Shown: one piece after another, positions 1 through 8,772 of the stretch
How the letters are laid out: the number at the start of each line of letters is the position of its first letter
How positions within the stretch are numbered: position 1 is the first letter of the stretch
From: an uncultured Nocardioides sp.
Lineage (GTDB): Bacteria; Actinomycetota; Actinomycetes; Propionibacteriales; Nocardioidaceae
Direction: 5' to 3'
Assembly (NCBI GenBank): GCA_964600305.1
Contig: CAZRKV010000001.1
Span: 1-33,565 of the forward strand
Length of the DNA stretch: 33,565 nucleotides
Made by a program: the position numbers and the translations under genes
The notes under the pieces: model-generated
Told to the model about the DNA's origin: nothing
Seen by the model: the letters and a program-made list of their open reading frames with translations, nothing else
Databases searched by the model: none

Positions 1-69
1 GTCAATTCCTCCCGGGTCCAGGCCGGTGAGGAGTCACTTCTCCCCCGCCAGGGGGCGGTGAGGGGTCAC
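1..69 (-). repeat. Array of ~32-bp imperfect palindromic repeats (left array, probably truncated by window edge)
   Basis: Plus-strand GTCAA/GTCAC at 1, 33 and 65 (period 32). The minus strand reads GTGAC-ccctcaccg-ccccctggcgggggagaa / GTGAC-tcctcaccg-gcctggacccgggaggaa / TTGAC. Confidence 0.75.
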
Positions 70-105
70 GCTGGCCCTGGGCCGGCCACGCCGTTGTCGA
101 CGACC

Positions 106-336
106 TCAGCGGATGCCGAGGACACGGTGCTCCCGGATGGACATCACCAGGGCGACGATCCACCCGATGACGGTCCAGCCGAGCAGGAAGTTCACCCAGA
201 AGACGGTCCAGGAGTTCGCCGTGCCGCGCACGGCTGCGATCGCCCAGGGCAGCATGTAGCCGCCGGTGAGGATCGCGACGAGGATGGCGACCACGGCGCT
301 GACGGGCCGGTCTTTGCGGTCGGTCACGATCTGCAT
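106..336 (-). CDS. Superinfection immunity family small membrane protein (T4 Imm-like)
   Basis: 76 aa hydrophobic protein with Y(M)LPWAIA...IFWVN-like (VFWVNFLLGWTVIGWIVALVMS) motif typical of Imm_superinfect. ATG at 336 lies 7 nt downstream of a TACCGT -10 box, so it is probably leaderless. Confidence 0.8.
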   Translation of the reverse strand: MQIVTDRKDRPVSAVVAILVAILTGGYMLPWAIAAVRGTANSWTVFWVNFLLGWTVIGWIVALVMSIREHRVLGIR

Positions 337-368
337 GCCCACCACGGTAGCCAACCGGGCCCGAGCAC

Positions 369-453
369 GGGAGAAGGTGACGCCTCACCGCCCCAGGGCC
401 GGGAGGACGTGACTTCTCACCGCTCGAGGGCGGGAAGAAGTGACTTCTCGCCG
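369..453 (+). repeat. Array of ~31-32-bp imperfect palindromic repeats (right array, inverted relative to 1-69)
   Basis: GTGAC at 377, 409 and 440, followed by gcctcaccg / ttctcaccg / ttctcgccg and preceded by gggagaag / gggaggac / gggaagaa. Confidence 0.8.
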
Positions 454-1086
454 TCAGCGGATGGTGCGGTAGGCGCCCTGGTAGTACAGCAGCGGGTCCG
501 GGGAGGCTCCCTGGTCGTCCGCGGCGAAATCCATGTCCTGCACCTGGCCCACCACGATGTAGTGGTCGCCCGCCTCGTGGACGGCGTGGACCGTGCAGTC
601 GACGTACCCCAGCACGCCCTCGAGCAGGGCCGACCCGGTCTTGGAGTACGACCACGGCACGTCGGCGAACTTGTCCGCGCCGCGCGAGGCCATCGTGTTC
701 GAGATCTCGACCTGGTCCGCGGTGAGGAAGTTGACGCAGAAGTGGCCCGTGGCCCGCATCTGTGGCCACGCGCGGGAGGTCTTCGCCGGCATGAACGTCA
801 CCAGCGGGGGGTCCAGGGAGACGCTCGCGAACGACTGGCAGGTCATGCCCACCGGCTCACCACCGGCCACCGAGGTCACCACGGTGACCCCGGAGCAGTA
901 GCGACCCAGCACGTCGCGGAACTGGCGGGCGGCCCGCTGGCGGGCCTCGCTGTCGGGGAGGTCGATCTCCTCACCGGGGCGGAACTCGATGTCGAAGTTG
1001 CCCAGGAACGAGTCGATCAGCTCCCGTGGGGGCCAGGTCTCGCGCGCGTCCGGGCGCATCCCCGCCGGGATCTCGTGGTCAGCCAT
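454..1086 (-). CDS. hsaB: Flavin reductase subunit of 3-HSA monooxygenase
   Basis: FRDVLGRYCSGVTVVT, GMTCQSFASVSLDPPLV, EAGDHYIVVG flavin-reductase motifs; last gene of hsaADCB. Start taken as ATG 1086 (alternative 1095); the 327-aa ORF-track version is over-extended into hsaC. Confidence 0.9.
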   Translation of the reverse strand: MADHEIPAGMRPDARETWPPRELIDSFLGNFDIEFRPGEEIDLPDSEARQRAARQFRDVLGRYCSGVTVVTSVAGGEPVGMTCQSFASVSLDPPLVTFMPAKTSRAWPQMRATGHFCVNFLTADQVEISNTMASRGADKFADVPWSYSKTGSALLEGVLGYVDCTVHAVHEAGDHYIVVGQVQDMDFAADDQGASPDPLLYYQGAYRTIR

Positions 1087-1103
1087 GCTCACCATTGTCC
1101 CGC

Positions 1104-2003
1104 TCAGGCCCCGCCACCGAAGTCGTGCCCCCAGTAGGACACCGCCGTGCTCTCCCGGGCGACCCACCTCGCGTCGTCGACCTGCAGCCCCTCGGTGCCG
1201 AACTCGACGTCGAACCCGCCGGGCGACCTGACGTAGAACGAGACCATCTCGTCGTTCATGTGCCGGCCCAGGGTGGCCGACAGCGGCGCCTTGTGCTTGC
1301 GCACCCGCTCCAGTGCGCGGCCCACGTCGTCGAGCTCGGAGACCTCCAGCATGACGTGCACGCACTTGGCCGGGTTCGGCATCGGCAGGAACGCCAGCGA
1401 GTGGTGCCGCGGGTTGACCCCGAGGAAGCGCAGCCACACCTTGCTGCCCGGCTCCTTGCCGACGAACTCGCCGGGCATGCTCATCGAGTCCCGCAGCCGG
1501 AAGCCGAGCACGTCGCGGTAGAAGTGCAGCGCCTCGACGTCGTCGTGGACCGGTAGCACGACGTGCCCCATCCCCTGGTCGCCGGTGACGAAGGAGGCGC
1601 CGTACGGCGTCACGGCCGGTCGTGCCTCGTAGGTGATGCCGTGGAACAGCTCGAAGACGTTGTCGAAGGGATCGCTGAACCGGACCAGCTCCTGGACGCG
1701 GCGCTCGTCCAGCTCCTCCCGGGAGCCCTCCTCGAAGTCGATCCCGGCCTTCGCCAGGTGCTCGCGAGCCTCCTGCAGCGCCGTGTGGTCGGCCACCTCC
1801 CAGCCCACGCAGGACAGCTCGTCGACGTCCGCGGGGAAGACCACCCAGCGGGCCGACACCTGGTCGATCCGGTAGTACAGGTGCTCCTCGTTCGGACCAC
1901 GGGCGGCCACCAGGCCCAGCACCTTCTCCGCGAAGTGACGCCAGGCGTCCAGGTCGGTGGCGGCCACGCGGACGTACCCCATGGACTTGATGTCGATCGT
2001 CAC
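1104..2003 (-). CDS. hsaC: Iron-dependent extradiol dioxygenase (3,4-DHSA dioxygenase)
   Basis: MGYVRVAATD, GMGHVVL, RHHSLAF, HVMLEV, TLGRHMNDEMVSFY, FDVEFG (His-His-Glu metal ligands), C-terminal AVSYWGHDF. Confidence 0.95.
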   Translation of the reverse strand: MTIDIKSMGYVRVAATDLDAWRHFAEKVLGLVAARGPNEEHLYYRIDQVSARWVVFPADVDELSCVGWEVADHTALQEAREHLAKAGIDFEEGSREELDERRVQELVRFSDPFDNVFELFHGITYEARPAVTPYGASFVTGDQGMGHVVLPVHDDVEALHFYRDVLGFRLRDSMSMPGEFVGKEPGSKVWLRFLGVNPRHHSLAFLPMPNPAKCVHVMLEVSELDDVGRALERVRKHKAPLSATLGRHMNDEMVSFYVRSPGGFDVEFGTEGLQVDDARWVARESTAVSYWGHDFGGGA

Positions 2004-2028
2004 GACTCTCTCCCTCTCTCGTGACCGG

Positions 2029-2928
2029 TCACGATGTGGTCTCGCGGTGCCGGGCCAGGAAGGCCGTCGCCACCTCGCAGAACTCCTCGGCGGCCTCGAT
2101 CTGCGCCCAGTGCCCGCACCGCGGGAACACGTGCAGCGACGCCTTCGGGATCAGCTTCAGGGCCGCCAGGGCACCGTCGAGCGGGTTGACCCGGTCCTCC
2201 CGCCCCCAGGTCAGCAGCGTGCGGTGGCGCAGCCGGTGCGCCTCCCGCCAGAGCATCCCGTCCTCGAAGGTCTCGGGATCCCAGAACGAGGCCCCCATGG
2301 ACGCCATCGCCTCCCTGGCCCCCGGAGCGGTGGCCGCGGCGTACCGCTCCTCCACCAGCTCGTCGGTGACCAGCGACTGGTCGACCACCATCGTGGAGAT
2401 GAAGGCCCGCAGCCGCTCCCTGGTCGGATCCCCGGCGAAGTCCATCAGCCGCTGGACACCCTCGGTGGGGTCGGCGTGGAAGAGGTTCAGCGACAGGCCC
2501 CCCGGGCCCATCAGCACCAGCCGGCCGACCCGGTCCGGGTGGTCCAGCGCCAGCCGCATCGCCGTGCCCCCGCCCAGGCTGTTGCCCAGCAGGTGCACCT
2601 TGTCGATGCCGAGCGCGTCGAGCAGCGCCACCACGTGGTCGGCGGCGTGCCGGTAGAAGTTGCCCTCGACCGGGGGCTTGTCGGACTCCCCGAACCCCGG
2701 CTGGTCGACCAGCAGGGTCCGGAAGCTCGCGGCGAACCCCGGGAGCGAGGACCCGAAGTTGGACCAGGCCGACGCCCCGGGGCCTCCCCCGTGCAGCATG
2801 AGCAGCGGCAGCCCGCCCCCCACCGGGGTCCCGCCGGGTGCCGCCGCCGACGGTCCGGCCTCGTAGTAGTTCAGCGTGATCCCGCGGACGGTGGCCGTCC
2901 GCTGCAGGTCGCTCCGCTCCTGACCCAT
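2029..2928 (-). CDS. hsaD: 4,9-DSHA meta-cleavage product hydrolase
   Basis: HGGGPGASAWSNF, GNSLGG nucleophile elbow, WGREDRVNPLDGA, CGHWAQIE; ATG 2928 is 4 nt after the hsaA stop. Confidence 0.95.
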   Translation of the reverse strand: MGQERSDLQRTATVRGITLNYYEAGPSAAAPGGTPVGGGLPLLMLHGGGPGASAWSNFGSSLPGFAASFRTLLVDQPGFGESDKPPVEGNFYRHAADHVVALLDALGIDKVHLLGNSLGGGTAMRLALDHPDRVGRLVLMGPGGLSLNLFHADPTEGVQRLMDFAGDPTRERLRAFISTMVVDQSLVTDELVEERYAAATAPGAREAMASMGASFWDPETFEDGMLWREAHRLRHRTLLTWGREDRVNPLDGALAALKLIPKASLHVFPRCGHWAQIEAAEEFCEVATAFLARHRETTS

Positions 2929-2932
2929 CGGC

Positions 2933-4099
2933 TCAGTACATCCCCGGGTCGACCTTGTGACCGAACTGGTGGGCGCCGTACATCTGCAGGGCCCGTTCGG
3001 GGTCGTTCGCCGCGTGGACCCGCCCCGCGTGCGCGTCCCGCCAGGTGCGCTGGAGGTAGGTGCCCTCGGCCAGGGCCCGGCCGCCCGAGGCCTCGAAGAG
3101 CTGGTCGATCGCCTCGATCGCGCGCTGGGTCCCCAGCACCTGGTCACGCCGTACCTTCAGGCGCAGGCCGAGGGGGATCCTCTCGCCCCGGGCCACGTGC
3201 GCCTGCTCGTCCCGGATGTTCTGCATCGTCAGCGCCCAGGCGGCGTCGATCTCGGACTCCGCGCGCGCGACGCGGACCGCGGCGAAGGGGTCGAGCGAGG
3301 CCTTCTCACCGACGTAGGAGGCCCGGACGCGCGTGCGCTGCATCTCGACGTGCTCGGTGTGCGCCCCGGCGGCCATGCCGATGATGGGGCTGGAGATGGT
3401 GGTGGTGAACAGGGAGTGGAAGGGCAGCTTGTACAGCTCGCCGGGGTTGACCTCCTGCCCGGGGCCGAAGCAGCGACCCGTGTCGCTCATCGAGAGCGTG
3501 AACGCCTCGGGGACGAACGTCTCCTCCACCACGATGTCGTTGGACCCGGTGCCGCGCAGCCCGACCACGTTCCACACGTCGACCACCTGGTACTGCTCCC
3601 GCGGCAGCAGGAAGGTCTTGAAGTCGGTGACCTGGCCCTCGGCGTCGAACACCAGGCCGCCCAGCAGCACCCAGGAGGCGTGGTCGCAGCCGGAGGAGAA
3701 GCTCCACGTGCCCGACAGCAGGTATCCGCCGTCGGTCAGTCGAGCCTTGCCGGTGGGGGCGTACGACGAGGACGCGCGCACGCTGGTGTCCGAACCCCAC
3801 ACCGCCTGCTGCGCCTCGTCGTGGAACAGGCCGATCTGCCAGGGATGGACGCCCAGGACCGAGGAGACCCACCCGGTGGAGCCACAGGCGCCGGCGATCT
3901 CGCGCACCGCGGTGTAGAAGTCCACGGGGTCGGCCTCCAGCCCGTCGTACCGGCGGGGCTGGAGCATCCGGAAGAAGCCGGTGGCCTCGAGGTCCTTGAT
4001 CGATGCCTCGGGGATGACCCGGAGCCGCTCCGCCTCTTCGGCCCGCTCCCGGAAGCTGGGGAGCAGGTCACGGACTCCGTCGAGCACTTGCTGGGACAT
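2933..4099 (-). CDS. hsaA: 3-HSA 4-hydroxylase, oxygenase subunit
   Basis: ACGSTGWVSSVLGVHPWQ, SSSYAP, WSFSSGCDHA, GLRGTGSN, WRDAHAGRVHAAND; AGGAG RBS upstream of ATG 4099. Confidence 0.95.
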   Translation of the reverse strand: MSQQVLDGVRDLLPSFRERAEEAERLRVIPEASIKDLEATGFFRMLQPRRYDGLEADPVDFYTAVREIAGACGSTGWVSSVLGVHPWQIGLFHDEAQQAVWGSDTSVRASSSYAPTGKARLTDGGYLLSGTWSFSSGCDHASWVLLGGLVFDAEGQVTDFKTFLLPREQYQVVDVWNVVGLRGTGSNDIVVEETFVPEAFTLSMSDTGRCFGPGQEVNPGELYKLPFHSLFTTTISSPIIGMAAGAHTEHVEMQRTRVRASYVGEKASLDPFAAVRVARAESEIDAAWALTMQNIRDEQAHVARGERIPLGLRLKVRRDQVLGTQRAIEAIDQLFEASGGRALAEGTYLQRTWRDAHAGRVHAANDPERALQMYGAHQFGHKVDPGMY

Positions 4100-4131
4100 C
4101 GAGCCCTCCTGTCGTGGATCGAACAACCCCA

Positions 4132-4160
4132 AGACTAGAACATGTTCTAGTTATGGTCAA
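4132..4160 (-). promoter_or_regulatory. Sigma-70-type promoter of hsaADCB
   Basis: Minus strand reads TTGACC-N17-TAGTCT (-35 at 4155-4160, -10 at 4132-4137). Confidence 0.75.
4136..4149. promoter_or_regulatory. KstR operator (hsaA, site 1)
   Basis: TAGAACATGTTCTA inside the perfect 18-bp palindrome ACTAGAACATGTTCTAGT (4134-4151); matches TnnAACnnGTTnnA. Confidence 0.92.
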
Positions 4161-4173
4161 AGAACATGTTCCA
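4160..4173. promoter_or_regulatory. KstR operator (hsaA, site 2)
   Basis: AAGAACATGTTCCA, one mismatch to consensus, 24 bp from site 1. Confidence 0.75.
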
Positions 4174-4177
4174 CCGC

Positions 4178-5275
4178 TCAGGGGCGGGCGTCCTGCTCGG
4201 CCCGGAGCTGCAGGGCGATGTCGATCAGCTGGTCCTCCTGGCCGCCGATGAGGTGGCGTCGTCCGGCCTCCAGCAGGATCTGGGCACCGGAGACGCCGTA
4301 GCGCTCCGCGGCGTGGCCGGCGTGCTTGAGGAAGGAGCTGTACACGCCGGCGTACCCCATCATCAGCGTCATCCGGTTCAGCGTGCACTCCTCGGGCATG
4401 GCCGGCCGGACGACGTCCTCGGCGGCATCGACGACCTGCAGGAAGTCGACCCCCGTGTTCCAGCCGAGCTTGTCGCAGACGCCGATGAACGCCTCGAGCG
4501 GGGTGTTGCCCGCGCCGGCGCCGAAGCGGCGCACCGAACCGTCGATCTGCGTGGCGCCGGCCCGGGCCGCGATCACGGTGTTGGCCACCCCGAGGCCGAG
4601 GTTCTCGTGACCGTGGAACCCGACGTCGGCCTGCTCGCCCACCTCGTCCACGAGCGCCGCGACCCGGTCGCCGACGTCCTCCATCACCATCGCGCCCGCG
4701 GAGTCGACCACGTCGACGCACTGGCAGCCGGCGTCGACCATGATCCGCGCCTGCTTGGCCAGGACCTCCGGGGGCTGGGTGTGCGCCATCATCAGGAAGC
4801 CCACGGTCTCCAGCCCCAGCTGGCGGGCCAGCGCGAAGTGCTGCTCGGACACGTCGGCCTCGGTGCAGTGGGTGGCGACCCGGCAGATCTGGCCGCCGTT
4901 GTCCTGCGCAGCGCGGATGTCGTCCTTGGTCCCGACGCCGGGCAGCATGAGGAACGCGATCCGCGCCCGCTGCGCCGTCTCGGCGGCGAGCCGGATCAGC
5001 TCCTGCTCGGGCGTGCGCGAGAACCCGTAGTTGAACGATGACCCGCCCAGTCCGTCGCCGTGGGTCACCTCGATCACCGGGATGCCGGCGGAGTCCAGGG
5101 CCCCCACCATGTCCCTGACCTCTCGGGGCACGAACTGGTGGCGCTTGTGGTGCGACCCGTCACGCAGGCAGGTGTCGGTCAGCCGGAGGTCCAGCGGACC
5201 CCACGGCTCCTCACCGTGCACCTGCGACCAGGTGCGTCCGAGCCGGTTGGTCTCAGGCGTGTTCACGTGGCTCAC
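4178..5275 (-). CDS. hsaF: 4-hydroxy-2-oxohexanoate/oxovalerate aldolase
   Basis: [64 protein letters not shown] (DmpG family). Confidence 0.95.
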   Translation of the reverse strand: MSHVNTPETNRLGRTWSQVHGEEPWGPLDLRLTDTCLRDGSHHKRHQFVPREVRDMVGALDSAGIPVIEVTHGDGLGGSSFNYGFSRTPEQELIRLAAETAQRARIAFLMLPGVGTKDDIRAAQDNGGQICRVATHCTEADVSEQHFALARQLGLETVGFLMMAHTQPPEVLAKQARIMVDAGCQCVDVVDSAGAMVMEDVGDRVAALVDEVGEQADVGFHGHENLGLGVANTVIAARAGATQIDGSVRRFGAGAGNTPLEAFIGVCDKLGWNTGVDFLQVVDAAEDVVRPAMPEECTLNRMTLMMGYAGVYSSFLKHAGHAAERYGVSGAQILLEAGRRHLIGGQEDQLIDIALQLRAEQDARP

Positions 5276-6165
5276 CGGTCGATCTCCTTCGCGATGTGCT
5301 CGCCGACCTGCGCGGCGGCGGCGGTCATGATGTCGAGGTTGCCGGCGTACGGCGGGAGGTAGTCGCCCGCGCCCTCGACCTCGACGAAGATGCTGACCTT
5401 GGTCCGCCCCCCGGTCGCCTCCGTCGGGTCGTCGAACTGCGGGTCCTGCAACAGTCGGTAGCCGGGCACGTAGGCCTGCACGGCGCGCTCCATCGCCCGC
5501 ACCGAGTCAGCGATCCGGTCCCGGTCGGCGTCGGGGTCGACGGCGCAGAAGATGGTGTCGCGCATGATCATCGGCGGCTCGGCCGGGTTGAGGATGATGA
5601 TCGCCTTGCCCTGCTCGGCCCCACCGATCCGCTCCACCCCCCGGGCCGTGGTGCGGGTGAACTCGTCGATGTTCGCCCGCGTGCCGGGGCCCGCGGAGGC
5701 GCTCGAGACCGAGGCCACGATCTCGGCGTAGGGGACCCGCGCCACCCGCGAGACCGCGGCGACCATGGGGATCGTCGCCTGACCGCCGCAGGTGATCAGG
5801 TTGACGTTGGCGGCGCCCCGGTGCTCCTCGCCGTTGACGGGCGGGATCACCGCCGGCCCCACGGCCGCCGGGGTGAGGTCGACCGCGCGGATCCCGGCCT
5901 CGGCGTACCGGGGCGCGTACTCGCGGTGGACGTAGGCCGAGGTGGCCTCGAAGACCAGGTCAGGGAGCAGGTCCTGCTCCAGCAGCCGGTCCACTCCCTC
6001 GTGGCTGGCCTCGAGCCCGGACTCACGGGCCAGCCGGAGCCCCTCGGACGTGGGGTCGACGCCGATCATCCAGCGCGGTTCGATCACCTCCGACCGGAGC
6101 AGCTTGTACATCAGGTCGGTCCCGATGTTGCCCGGGCCGACGATGGCGGCGGTTGCCTTGGTCAT
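5272..6165 (-). CDS. hsaG: Acylating acetaldehyde/propionaldehyde dehydrogenase
   Basis: [24 protein letters not shown] (catalytic Cys), [22 protein letters not shown]. Confidence 0.95.
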   Translation of the reverse strand: MTKATAAIVGPGNIGTDLMYKLLRSEVIEPRWMIGVDPTSEGLRLARESGLEASHEGVDRLLEQDLLPDLVFEATSAYVHREYAPRYAEAGIRAVDLTPAAVGPAVIPPVNGEEHRGAANVNLITCGGQATIPMVAAVSRVARVPYAEIVASVSSASAGPGTRANIDEFTRTTARGVERIGGAEQGKAIIILNPAEPPMIMRDTIFCAVDPDADRDRIADSVRAMERAVQAYVPGYRLLQDPQFDDPTEATGGRTKVSIFVEVEGAGDYLPPYAGNLDIMTAAAAQVGEHIAKEIDR

Positions 6166-6174
6166 GGATCCCCT

Positions 6175-6963
6175 TCAGTCGGTGAACGAGAGGCGGACGC
6201 TGCCCAGGCCGTCGAAGACGGCCTCGAACTCGTCGCCGGGATGGGCATCGATCGCCCGATGGACGCTGCCCGGGAGCACGACGTGGCCGGCCTCGAGCGT
6301 GACGCCGAAGGAGGCGACCTTGCGCGCCAGCCAGGCCACGGCCGTGACCGGGTTCCCCAGCACCGCGTCGGAGCGCCCCTGCGCCACCTGCTCGCCGCGG
6401 CGCAGCAGCCGGGCCGGGATCGCGGTCAGGTCGAGGTCCTGTGGCGCCACGCGCTCGGCACCCAGCACGTAGCCGGCCGAGCTGGCGTTGTCGGCGATGG
6501 TGTCGCCGATCCGGATGTCCCAGTCGGTGATCCGGCTGTCGATCAGCTCGATCGCCGGGGCCACGGCCTCGGTGGCGGCGACGACGTCGGCCTCCGTGCA
6601 CCCCTCGCCGGGCAGGGCGGCGCCGAGCACGAAGCCGACCTCCACCTCCACCCGGGGCGTGCAGTAGTCGGCGACCCGGACGGGGACGTCCTGGTGCAGC
6701 TCCATGTCCGAGAGCAGGTGGCCGTAGTCGGGCTCGTCGACGCCCATCATCTCCTGCATCGCCGTGGACGACAGGCCCACCTTGTGGCCGTGCACCCGCG
6801 CTCCCCCGGCCAGCCGGCGCCGGATGTTGAGCAGGGCGATCTCGTAGGCGTCGACGACGTCGAGGTCCGGCCAGGTCTCGCGGAGCGGGCGGATCGGGCA
6901 TCGGTCGCGCTCGGCCGCGGCGAGGGCCCTGGCGGCCTCGTTCCGCTGATCGGTGGAGAGCAT
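6175..6963 (-). CDS. hsaE: 2-hydroxyhexa/penta-2,4-dienoate hydratase
   Basis: GHKVGLSS, VDEPDYGHL, PRVEVE, IELIDSRI, DTIADNASS, VLGNP; TAGCAT -10 box 6 nt before the ATG (leaderless). Confidence 0.95.
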   Translation of the reverse strand: MLSTDQRNEAARALAAAERDRCPIRPLRETWPDLDVVDAYEIALLNIRRRLAGGARVHGHKVGLSSTAMQEMMGVDEPDYGHLLSDMELHQDVPVRVADYCTPRVEVEVGFVLGAALPGEGCTEADVVAATEAVAPAIELIDSRITDWDIRIGDTIADNASSAGYVLGAERVAPQDLDLTAIPARLLRRGEQVAQGRSDAVLGNPVTAVAWLARKVASFGVTLEAGHVVLPGSVHRAIDAHPGDEFEAVFDGLGSVRLSFTD

Positions 6964-6973
6964 GCGGTCATGC

Positions 6974-6987
6974 TAGAACCTGTTACA
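6974..6987. promoter_or_regulatory. KstR operator (hsaE/kstD divergent region)
   Basis: TAGAACCTGTTACA, a full consensus match, overlapping the hsaE -10 box (6970-6975). Confidence 0.9.
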
Positions 6988-7048
6988 TTTTTCGGGTAGT
7001 TCGAGTCCCGCCGAGGCGGATGGTCCCAGCACGAGTGACGGAGGAAGA

Positions 7049-8755
7049 GTGCCCCCGAACCCCACCGCCCCAGGCGCCGCAGACCGCTCCGAGTACGACG
7101 TGGTCGTGGTCGGAGCGGGAGGCGCCGGGATGACCGCCGCCCTGGCCGCCGCCCATCGCGGGCTGGACGTCCTGCTGGTCGAGAAGAGCCGGTGGTTCGG
7201 CGGCTCCACCGCGCGTTCCGGCGGCGGCGTGTGGATCCCGGGCAACTGGGCCCTGCGCGAGGCCGGGCAGGCCGACGACCCGGCCGAGGCCAAGCGCTAC
7301 CTCGACGCGATCGTGGGTGACTCCTCCCCCAAGACCCGGCGCGACACCTACATCGACCGGGGCCCCGAGGTGATGGACTTCCTCCGCGAGCACACACCGG
7401 TCCGCTTCACCTGGGTGCCCCAGTACTCCGACTACCACCCCGAGCAGCCCGGTGGTCGCTCCGCCGGTCGGAGCGTGGAGCCCGTCCCTCTGGACGCCCG
7501 CTTCCTGGGCGAGGAGCTCGAGCGGCTCCACCCGCCCTACACCAAGGCCCCGGCGAACATGATCGTCACCCAGGCCGACTACCGGAAGATCAGCCTGGGC
7601 ATGCGGACGCTGCGGGGCCCGCTGACCATGGCCAGGGTGGCCCTGCGCCGGATGCTGGCGATGCTGCGCGGTCGGCGGATGTACGCGATGGGCAACGCCA
7701 TCGCGATCGGGTTGCGCAAGGGCCTCCTCGACGCCGGCGTGCCGGTGCGGTACGAGACCGAGCTGACCGGGCTGGTGGTCGAGGGCGGCCGCGTCCGCGG
7801 CGTACGGGTGGCCGGCGCCGGTGGCGAGCAGGAGATCCGGGCCCGGCGCGGGGTCGTCCTCGGCAGCGGCGGCTTCGAGCACAACCTCGAGCTGCGGGAG
7901 AAGCACCTCCCCTCCCCGACCAGCACCGACTGGACCACCGGGGCCCCGGCCAACACCGGCCGCGGCATCGAGGCCGGCATCGCCGCGGGGGCCGGGGTCG
8001 CACTGATGGAGGACGCCTGGTGGGGACCGACCATCCCCCTGCCGCGCGGCCCGTGGTTCTGCCTGGCCGAGCGGAACCTCCCGGGCTCGATCCTGGTCAA
8101 CGCCGACGGTCGCCGGTTCATGAACGAGGCCCTCCCGTACGTCGAGGCGGTGCACGAGATCTACCGGGGCCAGGCCACGGGCACCTCCCACGTGCCGGCG
8201 TGGCTGGTGCTGGACCAGCGCTACCGCAACCGCTACCTCTTCGCCGGCCTCGGTCCCCGCCAGCCGTTCCCGGGGCGGTGGTACCGGTCCGGGGTCGTGC
8301 ACAAGGGGGCTTCGCTGGAAGAGCTCGCGGAGAGCATCGGCGTCCCGGCCGCCAACCTGCGCGCCACCGTCGAGCGCTTCAACGGGTTCGCCCGTGCCGG
8401 GGTGGACGAGGACTTCCACCGGGGCGAGAGCGCCTACGACCAGTACTACTCCGACCCGACCGTCAAGCCGAACCCGTCGCTGCACCGCATCGACGAGGCG
8501 CCGTTCTACGCGGTCAAGATCGTGCCCGGCGACCTGGGGACCAAGGGCGGCCTCGTCACCGACGAGCACGCGCGGGCCCTGCGCCCCGACGGCAGCGTGA
8601 TCGAGGGGCTCTACGCCTCCGGCAACGCCTCCGCCGCGGTGATGGGCCACACCTACGCCGGTCCCGGCGCGACCATCGGGCCGGCCCTCGTCTTCGGCTA
8701 CCTCGCCGCCGAGGACCTCGCGCGCACTCCCGCGCCCGACCCCACCACCCCGTAG
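7049..8755 (+). CDS. kstD: 3-ketosteroid delta-1-dehydrogenase
   Basis: DVVVVGAGGAG FAD motif, GGSTARSGGGVWIP, YSDYHPE, NEALPYVE, GDLGTKGGL, GHTYAGPGATIG; divergent from hsaE as in Mycobacterium. Confidence 0.95.
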   Translation: MPPNPTAPGAADRSEYDVVVVGAGGAGMTAALAAAHRGLDVLLVEKSRWFGGSTARSGGGVWIPGNWALREAGQADDPAEAKRYLDAIVGDSSPKTRRDTYIDRGPEVMDFLREHTPVRFTWVPQYSDYHPEQPGGRSAGRSVEPVPLDARFLGEELERLHPPYTKAPANMIVTQADYRKISLGMRTLRGPLTMARVALRRMLAMLRGRRMYAMGNAIAIGLRKGLLDAGVPVRYETELTGLVVEGGRVRGVRVAGAGGEQEIRARRGVVLGSGGFEHNLELREKHLPSPTSTDWTTGAPANTGRGIEAGIAAGAGVALMEDAWWGPTIPLPRGPWFCLAERNLPGSILVNADGRRFMNEALPYVEAVHEIYRGQATGTSHVPAWLVLDQRYRNRYLFAGLGPRQPFPGRWYRSGVVHKGASLEELAESIGVPAANLRATVERFNGFARAGVDEDFHRGESAYDQYYSDPTVKPNPSLHRIDEAPFYAVKIVPGDLGTKGGLVTDEHARALRPDGSVIEGLYASGNASAAVMGHTYAGPGATIGPALVFGYLAAEDLARTPAPDPTTP

Positions 8756-8772
8756 ACCGGAAGGACACCACC

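Noticed and set aside
369-453. Repeats as a mini-CRISPR array
   Set aside because: The total period is only ~32 bp with ~9-nt variable parts, the repeats are degenerate, and there are no cas genes.
2005-2020. CT-rich microsatellite-like run before hsaC
   Set aside because: Short; on the minus strand it is simply a purine-rich RBS region (GAGAGAGGGAGAGAG).
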